From: Octopus bimaculoides
Lineage: Eukaryota
Direction of reading: 5' to 3'
DNA length: 64,000 nucleotides
NCBI RefSeq assembly: GCF_001194135.2
Contig: NC_068991.1
Span: 35,668,038-35,732,037 of the forward strand
Position numbers and translations under genes: made by a program. Within the stretch, counting starts at the first letter, position 1; every line of letters starts with the position of its first letter. Of the stretch, positions 52,251 through 64,000 are shown piece after piece. The notes below the pieces were generated by a model that did no database searches, was not told the origin of the DNA, and worked only from the letters and a program-made list of their open reading frames with translations.

Positions 52251-55200
52251 TTTAGTATTTATTGTATTCAGATTTTAGATTAGCCCTTCATTCAAATCAG
52301 AATAGACACACGTCTTCAACAATCCTTGAAAATATCCTTTGCAGACTATCCTCTTTCTTTCTTTTCACCGTTTAGTTAGGGTGAGAGCCAATGTCATGAC
52401 ACATTTTTAATTTCGGAGAAGGGAGACACTTATTCTCAAACTGAAAATCTCGTTCACATACTTGCAATAGAATGAACTCGGGTATAGCACCCAAGAATCA
52501 GATGGTATTGTTAAAGATACTCAGTGGTCATGTATTCAAGAACTAGATGACAGCTTTAAAGGCATTCAAGGACTAAGTGGTGGTCTTATATGTACCCACC
52601 AACCATGCACTGGCGTTAATATTACCTAACAAGTATAACATGGTGTAAAACTGGGTGATAGATTAAGTGTACCACTGAAGAACACTTTAGCTATTGATGT
52701 GAAACGATAATAACGAGTCATCTTTGTGAATGTTCAGTAACAAAGATGACAATTTTTCCATAAACCCTTCCACAAGTCTCTTATAGATATCTTTTTCTAC
52801 AGTCTATGGACTCTTTGTAAAGCAATATCGTATATCTGCTTTGTTCCTTTGATGTTACATGGAAAAAAATTATTCAATAATATGATTTAATATTAGATCT
52901 ATTCAATGATTAATTGCTAAATTCTCATACAACTAATTTGAAAAGCAGCATTTTTTAATTTTTTAAAAACATTTCTTTTCTTCTTAGGTTATTAAAATCA
53001 AGACTGATTTACTTCCTTAAATATACATAACAAATATTGATATTCCATTCTGAGCAAACTAATATATATTCAGACTCACAATCACCGTAATGACTAAATA
53101 GTTCTATTAGAATAGCTAAATTAAAATCACTGATTGGAACCGGAACAACAAGACAACAATGTTGAAATGAGATGAAAACGGCTTTCATGTTCGAGGTAAC
53201 AAAAACCTGAAATTTGCAATGTCTAAATTTGAAATAGAATTGGAATAGAAACTTCTATCGCTTATGGGTATTCACTGTTGTGTGAAACTTGAAAACATAC
53301 TGTGCTTCTGACAAAATTCCTCTATATGTACACTCCGCTTATTAAGACTCGTAACAGCAACAAGAACAAGAATACACACATTCACATACACGCGAGTGTG
53401 TGTGTGTGTGGGTATGTGTGTGTATGTGTGTGTGTGTGCTGCGTGTGTGCATGTGAGAGTGTGGATATGTGTGTTTGGGTAGGTGTGTTCTGTTCTTGCG
53501 TCTTTTAATAAAAACACATTCTGCCTGGTTGTGTAAAAGGAAATACTGTAGTTAGACCAGAAATTTCATTTGCTTTTTGACAAGTTTCAACTTTTGTTAA
53601 AGCTCAAGTAGAGATAGGTTACTCTTTCCTGGTTACAAGGAGAATAGTAGCATGTGACAAATTAAAAATATTTGTTAGACTAACATGCAAAACAGTGTGA
53701 ATGTTGATAACATGAATTAGCTTACAGGCCATTTGAATTACAGGTACAATGCATGGCGCTGCATGGATGGACTGTATTTGTAACACACACGCACACACGC
53801 ACAAGCATATGCATACATACACACGCACATATTGTACTTATCCAACTAATCCTAGAAATTATTAGATAATCTAGACATCCAAAGATCAGTATTAGTGATC
53901 CCAGATCTTTAAAATAAAACCCAGTGAATTGCATTATGTAAAATCACGAAAAAAACGAGAGGGGGGATACAATTTCAATTTATAGCTGAAACCAGCCCAC
54001 TTTCCAAGATGCTAGGGAATAAATGTCACAACATCTATTTCCTTTATTTGTTCTCGATAAAAAAGTAATATTTTTAACAATAGTGTAGTGTTTTCTCTCA
54101 CGAAAAGCAGAACACTTCCCTTTGTACTTATCCGTTGGGCGGCCAATGCCACTAAACACAAATAAATTCATAAAAACTGTACACCAGAATAAAGAAGCAA
54201 ATGACTTAAGTTACATTGTAAACAAAGAAGATTCTAACAAGAATTGTATTTTCAAGGTTGTTGATCACGAACTCCGCCTGTAATAGATTTATTTCTTGAA
54301 CAACGAGATATATATTCCTACACAAAATATATTTCTAAATATATTCATATATAATGTTTGTAATCCTTAGGTTTATTTGGGAAGAGCGTTTCAAATAGTT
54401 GCAGACCTTGGAATCAAAGACTGTATACAATGTCCGTTTGTTAGGTTTTAAAGGTAGAAACATATTGCAGATGATTATAATCAAAGAAAGAATTAGTATG
54501 AAGGTTCATCGTTTTCATTTAGCCTAAGGCTGACATTTACCTTGTAGAAGTATGATCAAAGCTTTCCAGCCATGACTATCCAATCTTTTACTCAGTTATA
54601 ATATAGTCAGGACTACAATCTATAATATACGGTGTATTCTTCATTTTTACAATATTGGAGCGTGGTTTGAGTGAGATTTAGCTGCTACAATTTGTTAGTC
54701 GAGCTACCATTTAAAGGATCGTTCGTTGGATTAACCAATAGATTCATGTAAATGTAAATCTCAATTGGTAACTTCTGAATATACTATTTTCGGTATTGTA
54801 TACACTAGTGCATACATAATTTCTGTTATAAACTTGTAGTAGTAGGCTTGTAGAACTATAATTGATTATTTAGGTTACACTGTTTGCGATGAAAATTATG
54901 TCATATTCACTACATTGGGAACATAACAGAGCACGACGATGAAAACACTCTGTAAATAAAATGCTTGATTTTAAAAATCAATGATATAAGGCAATTTGAA
55001 TATAGAATGTGTGTCTGTTTATTAAAAATCTCCGTCAGATGATGTTAAGATAGGGTACGTCTGCTCTTAAAACTTATTGAAATCACAGTTGATTCCTATC
55101 AATGTAAGAAAATTTCAAGAATGTTTTTAATCACGCCAATTTCAGTCCTCGACAATTATTTTAACTTTTTGACTACAGCCGGATTAGAACTCAGAATGTA

Positions 55201-55559
55201 TAGAACCATAAATAAAGTTAAAGATTTTGTTCCACACAATCACTGCTTCTGTAATCCATTGCAGTTTGTTTTCTCAAATTATTATATTAAATATTGTTAA
55301 AATTATGTGAAAAGATTGAAAGAACATGCCGTAAAAAGCACATTTTTAGTATACTAATGTATTGGAATAAACGTTTATTCTTACAGACTCTAACATCTTA
55401 TTTTATATTTCTTTAATTTTGAGTTAGATGTGCCAACTTATATATTTATCTCCCAAAGAAAATAATGTTTTATATTATATATAACTTTACCACCGATGTA
55501 GAATTCTATTTGTGCCCGAACACTAGCAAACGATGTTCTATATTTAATTACAAGTTTGG

Positions 55560-56098
55560 TAAATACGATCATATTTGTGGTCCTCCGTCATAAAATCATA
55601 CTATCCACAATACTTGTTGTTTGAGTAACACGTCATCTTGTAGCAGTTCCGCTATTTATTCCTTGATTTCCGCTAGTTTTTCATCCACAACACTAAACCT
55701 CATATGTAGCCTACAGCATATTCTAACCAGTCTTCCACCCTACTTCACATCAAGTTCCATACAATATGAATAGAACTGTAACAGCAAATAACGGAAAACA
55801 CAGTGTAGCTTGTTGATGACGTCAGAGGTACTATTTTTATGGAATGCCAAAAGGAACAAGACCTATTTATTTGTATAACTCTTCTATACATTTTTCTTCT
55901 TTCTCTAAGAATTCGATGATTTCGTATAATTTTCCTGCTATTTCACAGTCAGCAATACAAAGATATGGATTTTCCTTAACTACTTGAATTAATTCTGTCG
56001 GACACCATCCATGTGAAGAGGAAAATATCCCAGGGAAGCTAAGATCCTTTTTAATAACTGCGTTCAAGAAACGAAGCTAAACGCCATTTTCAAGTAAA
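55560..56098 (-). pseudogene. Unidentified coding-like remnant
   Basis: LLENGV*LRFLNAVIKKDLSFPGIFSSSHGWCPTELIQVVKENPYLCIADCEIAGKLYEIIEFLEKEEKCIEELYK*, then further interrupted coding-like sequence (RLHMRFSVVDEKLAEIKE*IAELLQDD). No family recognised. Confidence 0.35.
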
Positions 56099-59000
56099 CT
56101 GTACAATTTTATTGTATAAAGATATTATGCTTCCGCATAATGTTTTAGTTTAATTCATTTGTAGTTTAATTACGGCTTATTCAGTTTATCATTGCTTGGA
56201 TACAAAATATATGGCAGCAGCAATTCTAACAAATAAATAAAATAATGAAGGAACAGCAACAAACAATATATAATCAATTATAGGATTCTTACATTACAAA
56301 TGGTTTTTGAGAAACTCGAATTTCCAAGTTAGGAAAACGTGTTATTTTTCGTTGCTGTAGGAATACATCGCATGATAAATTTATTACATCATTATTATAT
56401 GCACTTACACAAATCGACTCAATAATCTGAGCATGCAAATTAGAGCTATCTATCTTTCAATATCCGATTTTGCTCTTATAAAATATAATTTTAACCATCC
56501 TTAAAAATAAAGCAGCAACAATTAAATGCTAAAAAATCTTTCACAAAACAAAGACCAAAATAACCCTGAAGCTTTAAAAGGTTCTATTTGTATCACTTTC
56601 GATTTTGGTTTTGTATCTTATTTTCTTAATGTAAAAAACGCGAGTATTGTTTTCTTTCTGAAACAGTCTTTCTCAAATAGTTTTGACGAGGTGAACGTCA
56701 AGTTTCTCAGACAGGATGTGACAGTTTCATTCTCAGTGATTATTTTATTGACTCCGAAGAAAAGTTATTAAAATTCGGAAGAAAAACAATTCAGCAATAA
56801 ATGTTTGGTTACAGATAAAATGACACGGAATGGCCACCTAAATTTACATATGATTGTATTCTATCGTGGTCCGAGAAAGACGGTTCTGCAGTTTCTTCCT
56901 GAATAACCTGCACAAATAATTTGTTTACACTGATCAGATGTTTGTGCTGTATATTAGTGCACTCCCCACCCCAATCAAATCGATGTTGCCAGAACAGGTT
57001 CGCTGTTTATCACACTCCAGGCATCGGTTTGATCGCAGGGCAACATGAAATGAAGTGTTTTGCTCAAGAACACAAGGCCCCACCTGGTCCAGGAACTGAA
57101 ACCACGTTCTCACGATGCAGCATCCTTGGCCACGCACATCACACATTTACATACAACATCTCAGAAAAGTAGCAGTAGATTCAATCTAATTTGAATGATT
57201 GAACGAATGTATGAATGAATTTAAATGTGTTTTTTAGTTTCTTACTTTGACAAATAATTCTTTTAAGACATACCCTCACAACTGCAGTGAGTGAGCAGAA
57301 GTGATAGAATACTGATTTCAGGTCTTAAAATAGTTTGTCCCAACCGTTTTTGAGTTAAAATTTCGCTGGGTTTAATTTTGTTTCCATTTTTTGGTACCAG
57401 TCAATAGATTATACTCAATCATAAGAAAGTGGTCTTATATCTCGACAGTATATTTGAATTCTATTTACAAGATGACTGCTTCATAAAAATTTCAGTATCT
57501 GCTTGTGAATTCATGTAGCGCCGCTATCAGGAAATGGGCTATCAGCTCGTTTCTTAGTAGACTGGCTCCTATTGACTCGAAAAATTATGATGCAAGAAAA
57601 ATAATACCAACATAACTTAACAATAACCTGTCTTAGTCATCCTTTCTGTGGGTTTTTCTTCCATGAAAGAATGAAATATTTCAGAGAGAAAACTGTTAAG
57701 AATTGATTTAAAATCAAGCAATAAAATTAACGAATACGGTTTCTTTTTTTGGAGTAAAAGATGCATAGTAAGAAGAAAAAATAAATAACTGTAGTCAAAA
57801 GGAATGGTATAGACACTTTGTTTATCGACCGTATAAAGTTGGAGGCATGTCTCAAGTAAGAAACTAATATAATTGATGAAATATCGGAATTTGGATTGCT
57901 GAATGTCTGAACAACAAAATCATAGAAATAGCGATGAAGCAAATACAAATATTTCAGCTGTTTTAAGATTAATGTCTGATCAATAGATAAAGAGTAAGAA
58001 CCCTAGTAAATTCAGTAACAGTTAAGATAAGCGAAGAAAGGCATCAGACACATCGTATACATTCTAATCGAAGATTATCAAGTATTTAGTTTCTGAGGTG
58101 GAAAATATTTTCATGATAGACAAAAATATGGTTATACTTGGAAGAAAATTATTTTTAAGTTTCTTGCATTTTTACTTAAGGTTGAAAACTACGGCTAGCA
58201 AGCGGTTATATATGGTTCTACCCATCGAAAGGTCAGCGGTTTCAATGGAATATGTGGCAGTTAACAGTCAAATGTTCAATTTTTATCCTTGGATAGATAC
58301 CATTAATGTATTTCGTATACAATGTACATTGATGGATATATTTTCGACACACCTAAATACCTCTAGAACATTCTGTTATATATATATATATATATATATA
58401 TAATGTACAAGTATATATGTATACACACACATAAATACTCACGCATACACAAATATATAGGGAGACAGACAAGTAGTTGTTATTTAGTTCCAGTTTAACA
58501 CTGACAGAGTAGATGTAACAGCAAATAATTTCTCCCAGATATGGCCATTCCGTCTTCCGTCTTTCGTTCAGGCATTGTGTATTATCCAAAGTTTCCCTCA
58601 TCCATAAAACTTTAAAATATGAAAGAATAGCAGATCAGATGATCAGAAAGAGGACTACTTATTGGTGCTCCACCAAGTCTTATTAAAAAGATCATGCTGT
58701 TAAGAACGTGCGTATCAACCCCATTTCCCATATTTATTCACATCCCGGCATACTAGCAAACTCCAGCAAATTCACGCAGACACATTGCAGAGCTACACTA
58801 CGCTCACATCAACAAATGCGCGCATACAGATATTCAGTCGCACCAACAGGACCGTAAACGGTATAGCCAGCTGCATATATAAACCGAAACAAAGTCTACA
58901 CTCTCCTACACGTACGCACATATTTTAACATTATACAATACTAATATGCATTTACACAACACGCACAAAGAGAGGCAATCACTCGCATACTATATAGTTT

Positions 59001-59539
59001 GATTGCATCTGTACATACACTTTGAAGACCTACCTCGAGACACACAAGCTCAAAAGAAGAAATAGAGCACATACGTGTAACAACAGCACCCCTATAAAAT
59101 TCCAATTGTCTTGTCCTTTAGGATATACTTCCTCGCTCATTATCTTGTCATCTTTAACCAATCCATTTCCTCCCTACACCTGCATACACAACGCATGTAA
59201 ATACATGCAGGCTAACATACACACATGCATACACTCACATACATATTAATTGCATTTTTCATTGATACTCCTACACGTACATGCTAATACATCAGCACTC
59301 CCACGCAAACTACCACCACAGAACTACACTAACCATACACGAACATACGCACACACCAACACCGAAATCCAAGTCAGATACATCAACCACGTCACATCAA
59401 AATTTAACATGCATATATACATTCATACTCACATACTCACACGTTAGTTATACTATGTTAAGCTGGCTACACCCAGCTACTCGTTACGTTCAAAATGAGC
59501 TCTCTGTAGGATATTTTCTTCACATATAAATATACACAC

Positions 59540-59757
59540 TAAGGCAGTGAGCTGGCAGAATCGTTACCGCACCGGACAAAATGCTTAGCGGCATATCGTA
59601 TGTCCCTACCTTTTGAGTTCAAATTCCATCAAGGTCGACTTTGCCTTTCATCCTTTTCAGGGTCGATAAAATAAGTACCAGTTGAACACAGGGGGCGATG
59701 TAATCAGCTCACCCCTTCCCACGAAATTACTGGCTTGTGCCAAAATGTGAAACACAA
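59540..59757 (+). mobile_element. SINE family A copy
   Basis: aaggcagtgagctggcagaatcgtt...gagttcaaattcc...gtcgactttgcctttcatcc. Confidence 0.88.
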
Positions 59758-60399
59758 TCTATTCAACGCCTGTATTGTGTGCTCGTTTGAACTATGATCT
59801 CTCTCTCTCCCTCTCTCTCTCTCCCTGTCTCTCTCACACACACACACGCGCGCGCACACACACACTCACACACATTTAGATTGGTAGCTTTTATTAAAGA
59901 GTAATATCGCGGAATGTGTTGGAGGAACTCTTTCTGTCTCGGTATAAATAGCTATTTTTTTGCGCATAGTTCGGTTTTGTTCCCTATTCTCTTTCTTCTA
60001 TACCTCATTGACGTATGTGTCGTCACGTTCAACAACACCCGTTCACGTGCAGATAATACAGCCTTTCATTCCAGCCTCAACCTTGCATCATCCACTTGCA
60101 ACCCTGACACCCTACGCTAAATCTTTACCGATTCTATAAATGGAAACTTCGAGGACATCTTCCAGTAGAATCTTGTTTCTTTTTACAGCACTTCCCCTCA
60201 TCTCCTATCCCCACCAAGCACTGCTCATATCAAGAAATTGACCTCGCTCCCTACTCTGAATACGTGTATCATTCAACTAGATATCTCACAGTCATTTCAA
60301 ATGCTGGGCTTCACTATCACCGACGATCGCCCTCAGTCTAAGTTCATTCTTTAGTTATACTATGTATACTCGTATGTGGAACTGGTCCCACCTGGCTAC

Positions 60400-60720
60400 T
60401 CGTTACATTCACAAGAACGGCATTGAAAAACTGGCACTTGTTTTCAGTGCTAAATTTTCCAGCACTCAAAAGCTCCTAAGAATCTACAAAACTGAACTGA
60501 AGCTTACAATGGAGTAATGCTCCAGCATTTGGGACGATGCTGCTCGTACCTCACAGATATTCTGGACCGCATCTAAAGACTATTTGATTTTTAACCACTA
60601 ACAGATATGTATCAGCCTTCTGAGTAGCGTGTTGTCTTCTGTCTGTTTTTTGTCGCTGCTATAAAAACTTCAGTTCCGCGGAGCGGGTTCGTCTCATATC
60701 TCCTTCACACTCACTCGTCT
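60400..60720 (+). mobile_element. Decayed CR1/Jockey-like LINE 3' fragment
   Basis: LLRIYKTELKLTME*CSSIWDDAA resembles the LYKAQVRPxMEYCSxIW post-RT motif, followed by a degenerate RRVxxLCLFY-like segment. Confidence 0.55.
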
Positions 60721-60842
60721 CTTTATCTCTCGTCAACCTTATTCTGTTCAACCCAGAACATTAGACTCTTGAATCTCTTCCTTATTCCTGTCTGCATTTA
60801 CATTTAAACACATACATACACACACTAGTAGAGAGATAATAC

Positions 60843-61005
60843 ACTACACGCACACACATAACACACACACACACATAACACACACACACACATAACACAT
60901 ACACACACATAACACACACACACACACATAACACACACACACAGAGGAGCGCGCACGCACACACATACACACACACATACACACATACACACGCACACAC
61001 ACACA
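60843..61005. repeat. (CA)n tract with periodic TAA interruptions
   Basis: Direct reading. Confidence 0.85.
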
Positions 61006-61292
61006 TTCAAAATACTGGAACCTAAATTTAATGATATTTAGCTGCAGTAGCAAGTATTTGTTAATGCCAGAGGCTATACTGATATGAAATACTTGCATTC
61101 ATTGTTATAATACTTCTCATAGTAATATTTATCTGAGTAACGTCCGGGAAACAATGCCAAATTATTGTATACAATTCTTGAAAGACTCTATCATACGCTA
61201 TATTTTAACAGGAAGCAAACGTATAGGAGTCAATGAAATCATGGTTTCCGCCATATCTTCCTTTCTCCTTTTTTTAAAGTTTTTCTCATTGG

Positions 61293-61358
<66 letters not shown>

Positions 61359-62218
61359 NNNNNNNNNNNNNNNNNNNNNNNNNNNNNNNNNNNNNNNNNN
61401 NNNNNNNNNNNNNNNNNNNNNNNNNNNNNNNNNNNNNNNNNNNNNNNNNNNNNNNNNNNNNNNNNNNNNNNNNNNNNNNNNNNNNNNNNNNNNNNNNNNN
61501 NNNNNNNNNNNNNNNNNNNNNNNNNNNNNNNNNNNNNNNNNNNNNNNNNNNNNNNNNNNNNNNNNNNNNNNNNNNNNNNNNNNNNNNNNNNNNNNNNNNN
61601 NNNNNNNNNNNNNNNNNNNNNNNNNNNNNNNNNNNNNNNNNNNNNNNNNNNNNNNNNNNNNNNNNNNNNNNNNNNNNNNNNNNNNNNNNNNNNNNNNNNN
61701 NNNNNNNNNNNNNNNNNNNNNNNNNNNNNNNNNNNNNNNNNNNNNNNNNNNNNNNNNNNNNNNNNNNNNNNNNNNNNNNNNNNNNNNNNNNNNNNNNNNN
61801 NNNNNNNNNNNNNNNNNNNNNNNNNNNNNNNNNNNNNNNNNNNNNNNNNNNNNNNNNNNNTAAACACGCAGAGTACACGTGGAACTACAAATGTTGATAT
61901 GAGCTCTCGTATATAAATTCTATCTGTATGTTGTATATATATTCCTAAATATTAAATTACATTATCATACTCTCTTCATAAATTTTTGAGCTCTTTGATT
62001 TTACCCACTGTTATGAAATTATAAATTATAATGTAAAGTAAACAAGAAAACAGTTTTCATGCTGCACTGTATGGGTGAGGTTCATTGTTAAAATGGGGGG
62101 GCACTATAGTCATTAGCCAAAACTGAAACTATAACAAATTGGCTACACCCTGGCAAACTGTATAAAGAGCAATAATTTTATCCCCCAGTTTTTTTTGGTG
62201 ACAGTTTTGTTCAATTGG

Positions 62219-63673
62219 TGTGTTGTTCGAGTCAGTGAGTTGAAAGTGTGTACGCTCCATGTGAGTACTGTAATTCTTAACCTGTTATTGTAAACCTGTT
62301 ATTTCCTGAATTGCTGAATTTGTTGGAATTTTTATTTGTCTTCCCCATTTATGGGTGAAGTAATGAATAATAGACCAGTGCAAATGGGCAGTTATACTGC
62401 AGTGACTGGCAAAAGCCTGTCAGCGGAGTTACTGCAAGTCCGTGAAATATAAGTTAAAGACAAGAATTTCATGAAGTATAACGACTTGTTGAAAAAGGAG
62501 GGAGACTGTCTTAGGCTGACGCCTCCCAAAGAAGTTATTGAGAATACCGAGAAAATAACTATTATCTACAGAACGTTAAACATAGCAACGAAGAAAGTAG
62601 AAATAGCAGCGACGGAAGCAGTAGAGGAGTGTTTGAGAGAGGTGAAGGACTGTACCACGTTCTATGCCAGAGGACGGAAATTTGGCACAGTGGAGGTGCG
62701 CTTTGTAAACGAAAATGAAGCAAAGAAGTACTCCACTGTGGCCTTGAGATCAGCTGAATGGGCGCTACTGCCTACTTACTGTGGCAAACGTGCGGCCAGA
62801 GTAAGGATAGGTAGAGTGCCCCCTGAAATTGACGACGCATGGCTGCTGGCAGCCATCCTCTACCATACGGAGGAAGATGCAGAAATTTTGAAAATGTCCA
62901 AAACTATGGAGGTGAACTGCTGGGGATATGGACTAGAGGTGACAGTCCATATAAGTCTGCCAAACCTCCATAAGATTGTAGGAGAGCTGGTTTTGCCGGA
63001 TGAAGCTAGATTGAGGATTGTTGTGGAGGGTAAACCTCCAATATATTTTTTGTGTGGAGTAAGGGGACACATGAAGGCCAAGTGTCCCCAGAAACACGAG
63101 GAGGAAATAACAGAAAAAGAAATTCAAGAAGAGAGTACAGCCGTAGAGGAAGAGAAAATGGAGGAGCCATTTACAGTGGTGAAAAGAAAAAAAGAACTTA
63201 GAATCACCACCAAAAAGCCCCAAGGAGTAAAAAAGAAAGACAAACGAAGAGGAGAATAGAAAGAAAAGAGAAAAAATGGAAAACCAAATGAAAAATCAAG
63301 TGAAATGCGAACGCACGAATCATCGCCTTCAACTAGCAAGGAAGATGGAGTACGAAAGAAGGAAAGAAAAGAAAGAGACAGCGAATTAGAGACAGATACA
63401 TTTATGACAGACAAAGAGAGTGGTGAAGGATATCATTGAACGATACCTACAGGGAGAAATTTAAGAAGCCTCAGTATATGAAAAAAGCATCGAAACTGAA
63501 AAGAAAGTAACAAAAATGAAAAATATTATCAGAGTGAAAAAAAGCCATTTCATTCTCATTAATCATATCCATAATTCATCCGATATGTGTTTTTATGTAT
63601 CTCAATGTATTGCTTTGTCTGTCCTTGTGCTGTCTCCACTATGTTATGGCCGTAGTGATAAAATAAAGAAAGA
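62219..63673 (+). mobile_element. ORF1-only (HAL1-like) non-autonomous retroposon, copy 2, 16-bp TSD
   Basis: Exact agttttgttcaattgg at 62203-62218 and 63674-63689; gap-free; one gag-like ORF; ends AATAAAGAAAGA; no ORF2. Confidence 0.9.
62471..63259 (+). CDS. LINE ORF1/gag-like nucleic-acid-binding protein with degenerate zinc knuckle (YFLCGVRGHMKAKC) and K/E-rich tail
   Basis: 262-aa track ORF. The frame extends upstream to an ATG at 62351 across one TAA, and downstream past the TAG to a TGA at ~63439, so this copy is probably recently inactivated. Confidence 0.8.
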   Translation: MKYNDLLKKEGDCLRLTPPKEVIENTEKITIIYRTLNIATKKVEIAATEAVEECLREVKDCTTFYARGRKFGTVEVRFVNENEAKKYSTVALRSAEWALLPTYCGKRAARVRIGRVPPEIDDAWLLAAILYHTEEDAEILKMSKTMEVNCWGYGLEVTVHISLPNLHKIVGELVLPDEARLRIVVEGKPPIYFLCGVRGHMKAKCPQKHEEEITEKEIQEESTAVEEEKMEEPFTVVKRKKELRITTKKPQGVKKKDKRRGE

Positions 63674-63809
63674 AGTTTTGTTCAATTGGATTCTGGAAGC
63701 TATGATTGTCTGTTTAGTTCATGCACTTTGTGCTTTGTGTTAGGTATTTATGGAATTATTCTATGCTCCAGGAATTCGCCAGAACCTTTTGCTTGTCAGC
63801 TTTAAAATA

Positions 63810-63990
63810 ATTTCTGTGTCACATCTGGGTCCAAGGTTTCTACATTCCAAGGTTTCACATCCACAATTTCTACATTCCAAGGTTCGAAACCCAAGGTTGA
63901 ACACCGAATTGATAGACAAATTTTATGACATTCCAAGGTTCGAAACCCAAGATTGATCAATGAATTGACAGAAAGATTTTAAGAAGTCAA
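63810..63990. repeat. Degenerate short-unit array (acattccaaggtt / cgaaacccaag)
   Basis: ccaaggtt recurs about six times; acattccaaggttcgaaacccaag occurs twice. Confidence 0.75.
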
Positions 63991-64000
63991 GGTTCAAAAT

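Noticed and set aside
57727-58403. ORFs 57727..57948 (-) and 58098..58403 (+)
   Set aside because: AT-rich codon composition, no recognisable domain and no consistent exon chain.
5635-61897. Long track ORFs containing X runs or poly-HT/CV/YI/YM
   Set aside because: They are translations of N-gaps and (CA)n, (TA)n or (TACA)n microsatellites, not genes.
1-64000. CRISPR arrays, rRNA, genuine tRNA genes, prokaryotic operons
   Set aside because: None seen. The tRNA-like A/B boxes all belong to SINE heads, and the sequence is eukaryotic.

Overview
AT-rich, microsatellite-dense metazoan genomic DNA with about 15 N-gaps, most next to simple repeats. The repeat families and microsatellite load suggest a coleoid cephalopod, probably Octopus (inference). 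Most of the ORF track is artefact from microsatellites or N-runs. Three phase-compatible minus-strand exons (3760-3682, 2520-2376, 328-164) encode an unidentified host protein; a few weaker exon candidates lie further along. Mobile elements: an internally deleted mariner; an RTE LINE 3' end with three C2H2 fingers; Penelope-like elements (RT, GIY-YIG, pLTRs); R4/Dong-type LINE fragments; decayed Gypsy and CR1/Jockey-like remnants; and two tRNA-type SINE families. The main finding is a family of apparently ORF1-only (half-LINE, HAL1-like) retroposons encoding a gag-like zinc-knuckle protein. Two complete copies are bounded by exact 16- and 17-bp target-site duplications, contain no RT, and share only about half their residues; a third, older copy runs into a Penelope GIY-YIG fragment. 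One copy inserted into a ~350-nt hammerhead-capped rod hairpin resembling a retrozyme. Other hammerhead motifs include a recurrent A6->U variant in Penelope pLTRs. Two adjacent foldback structures are also present. All alignments were done by eye; no database searches were run.
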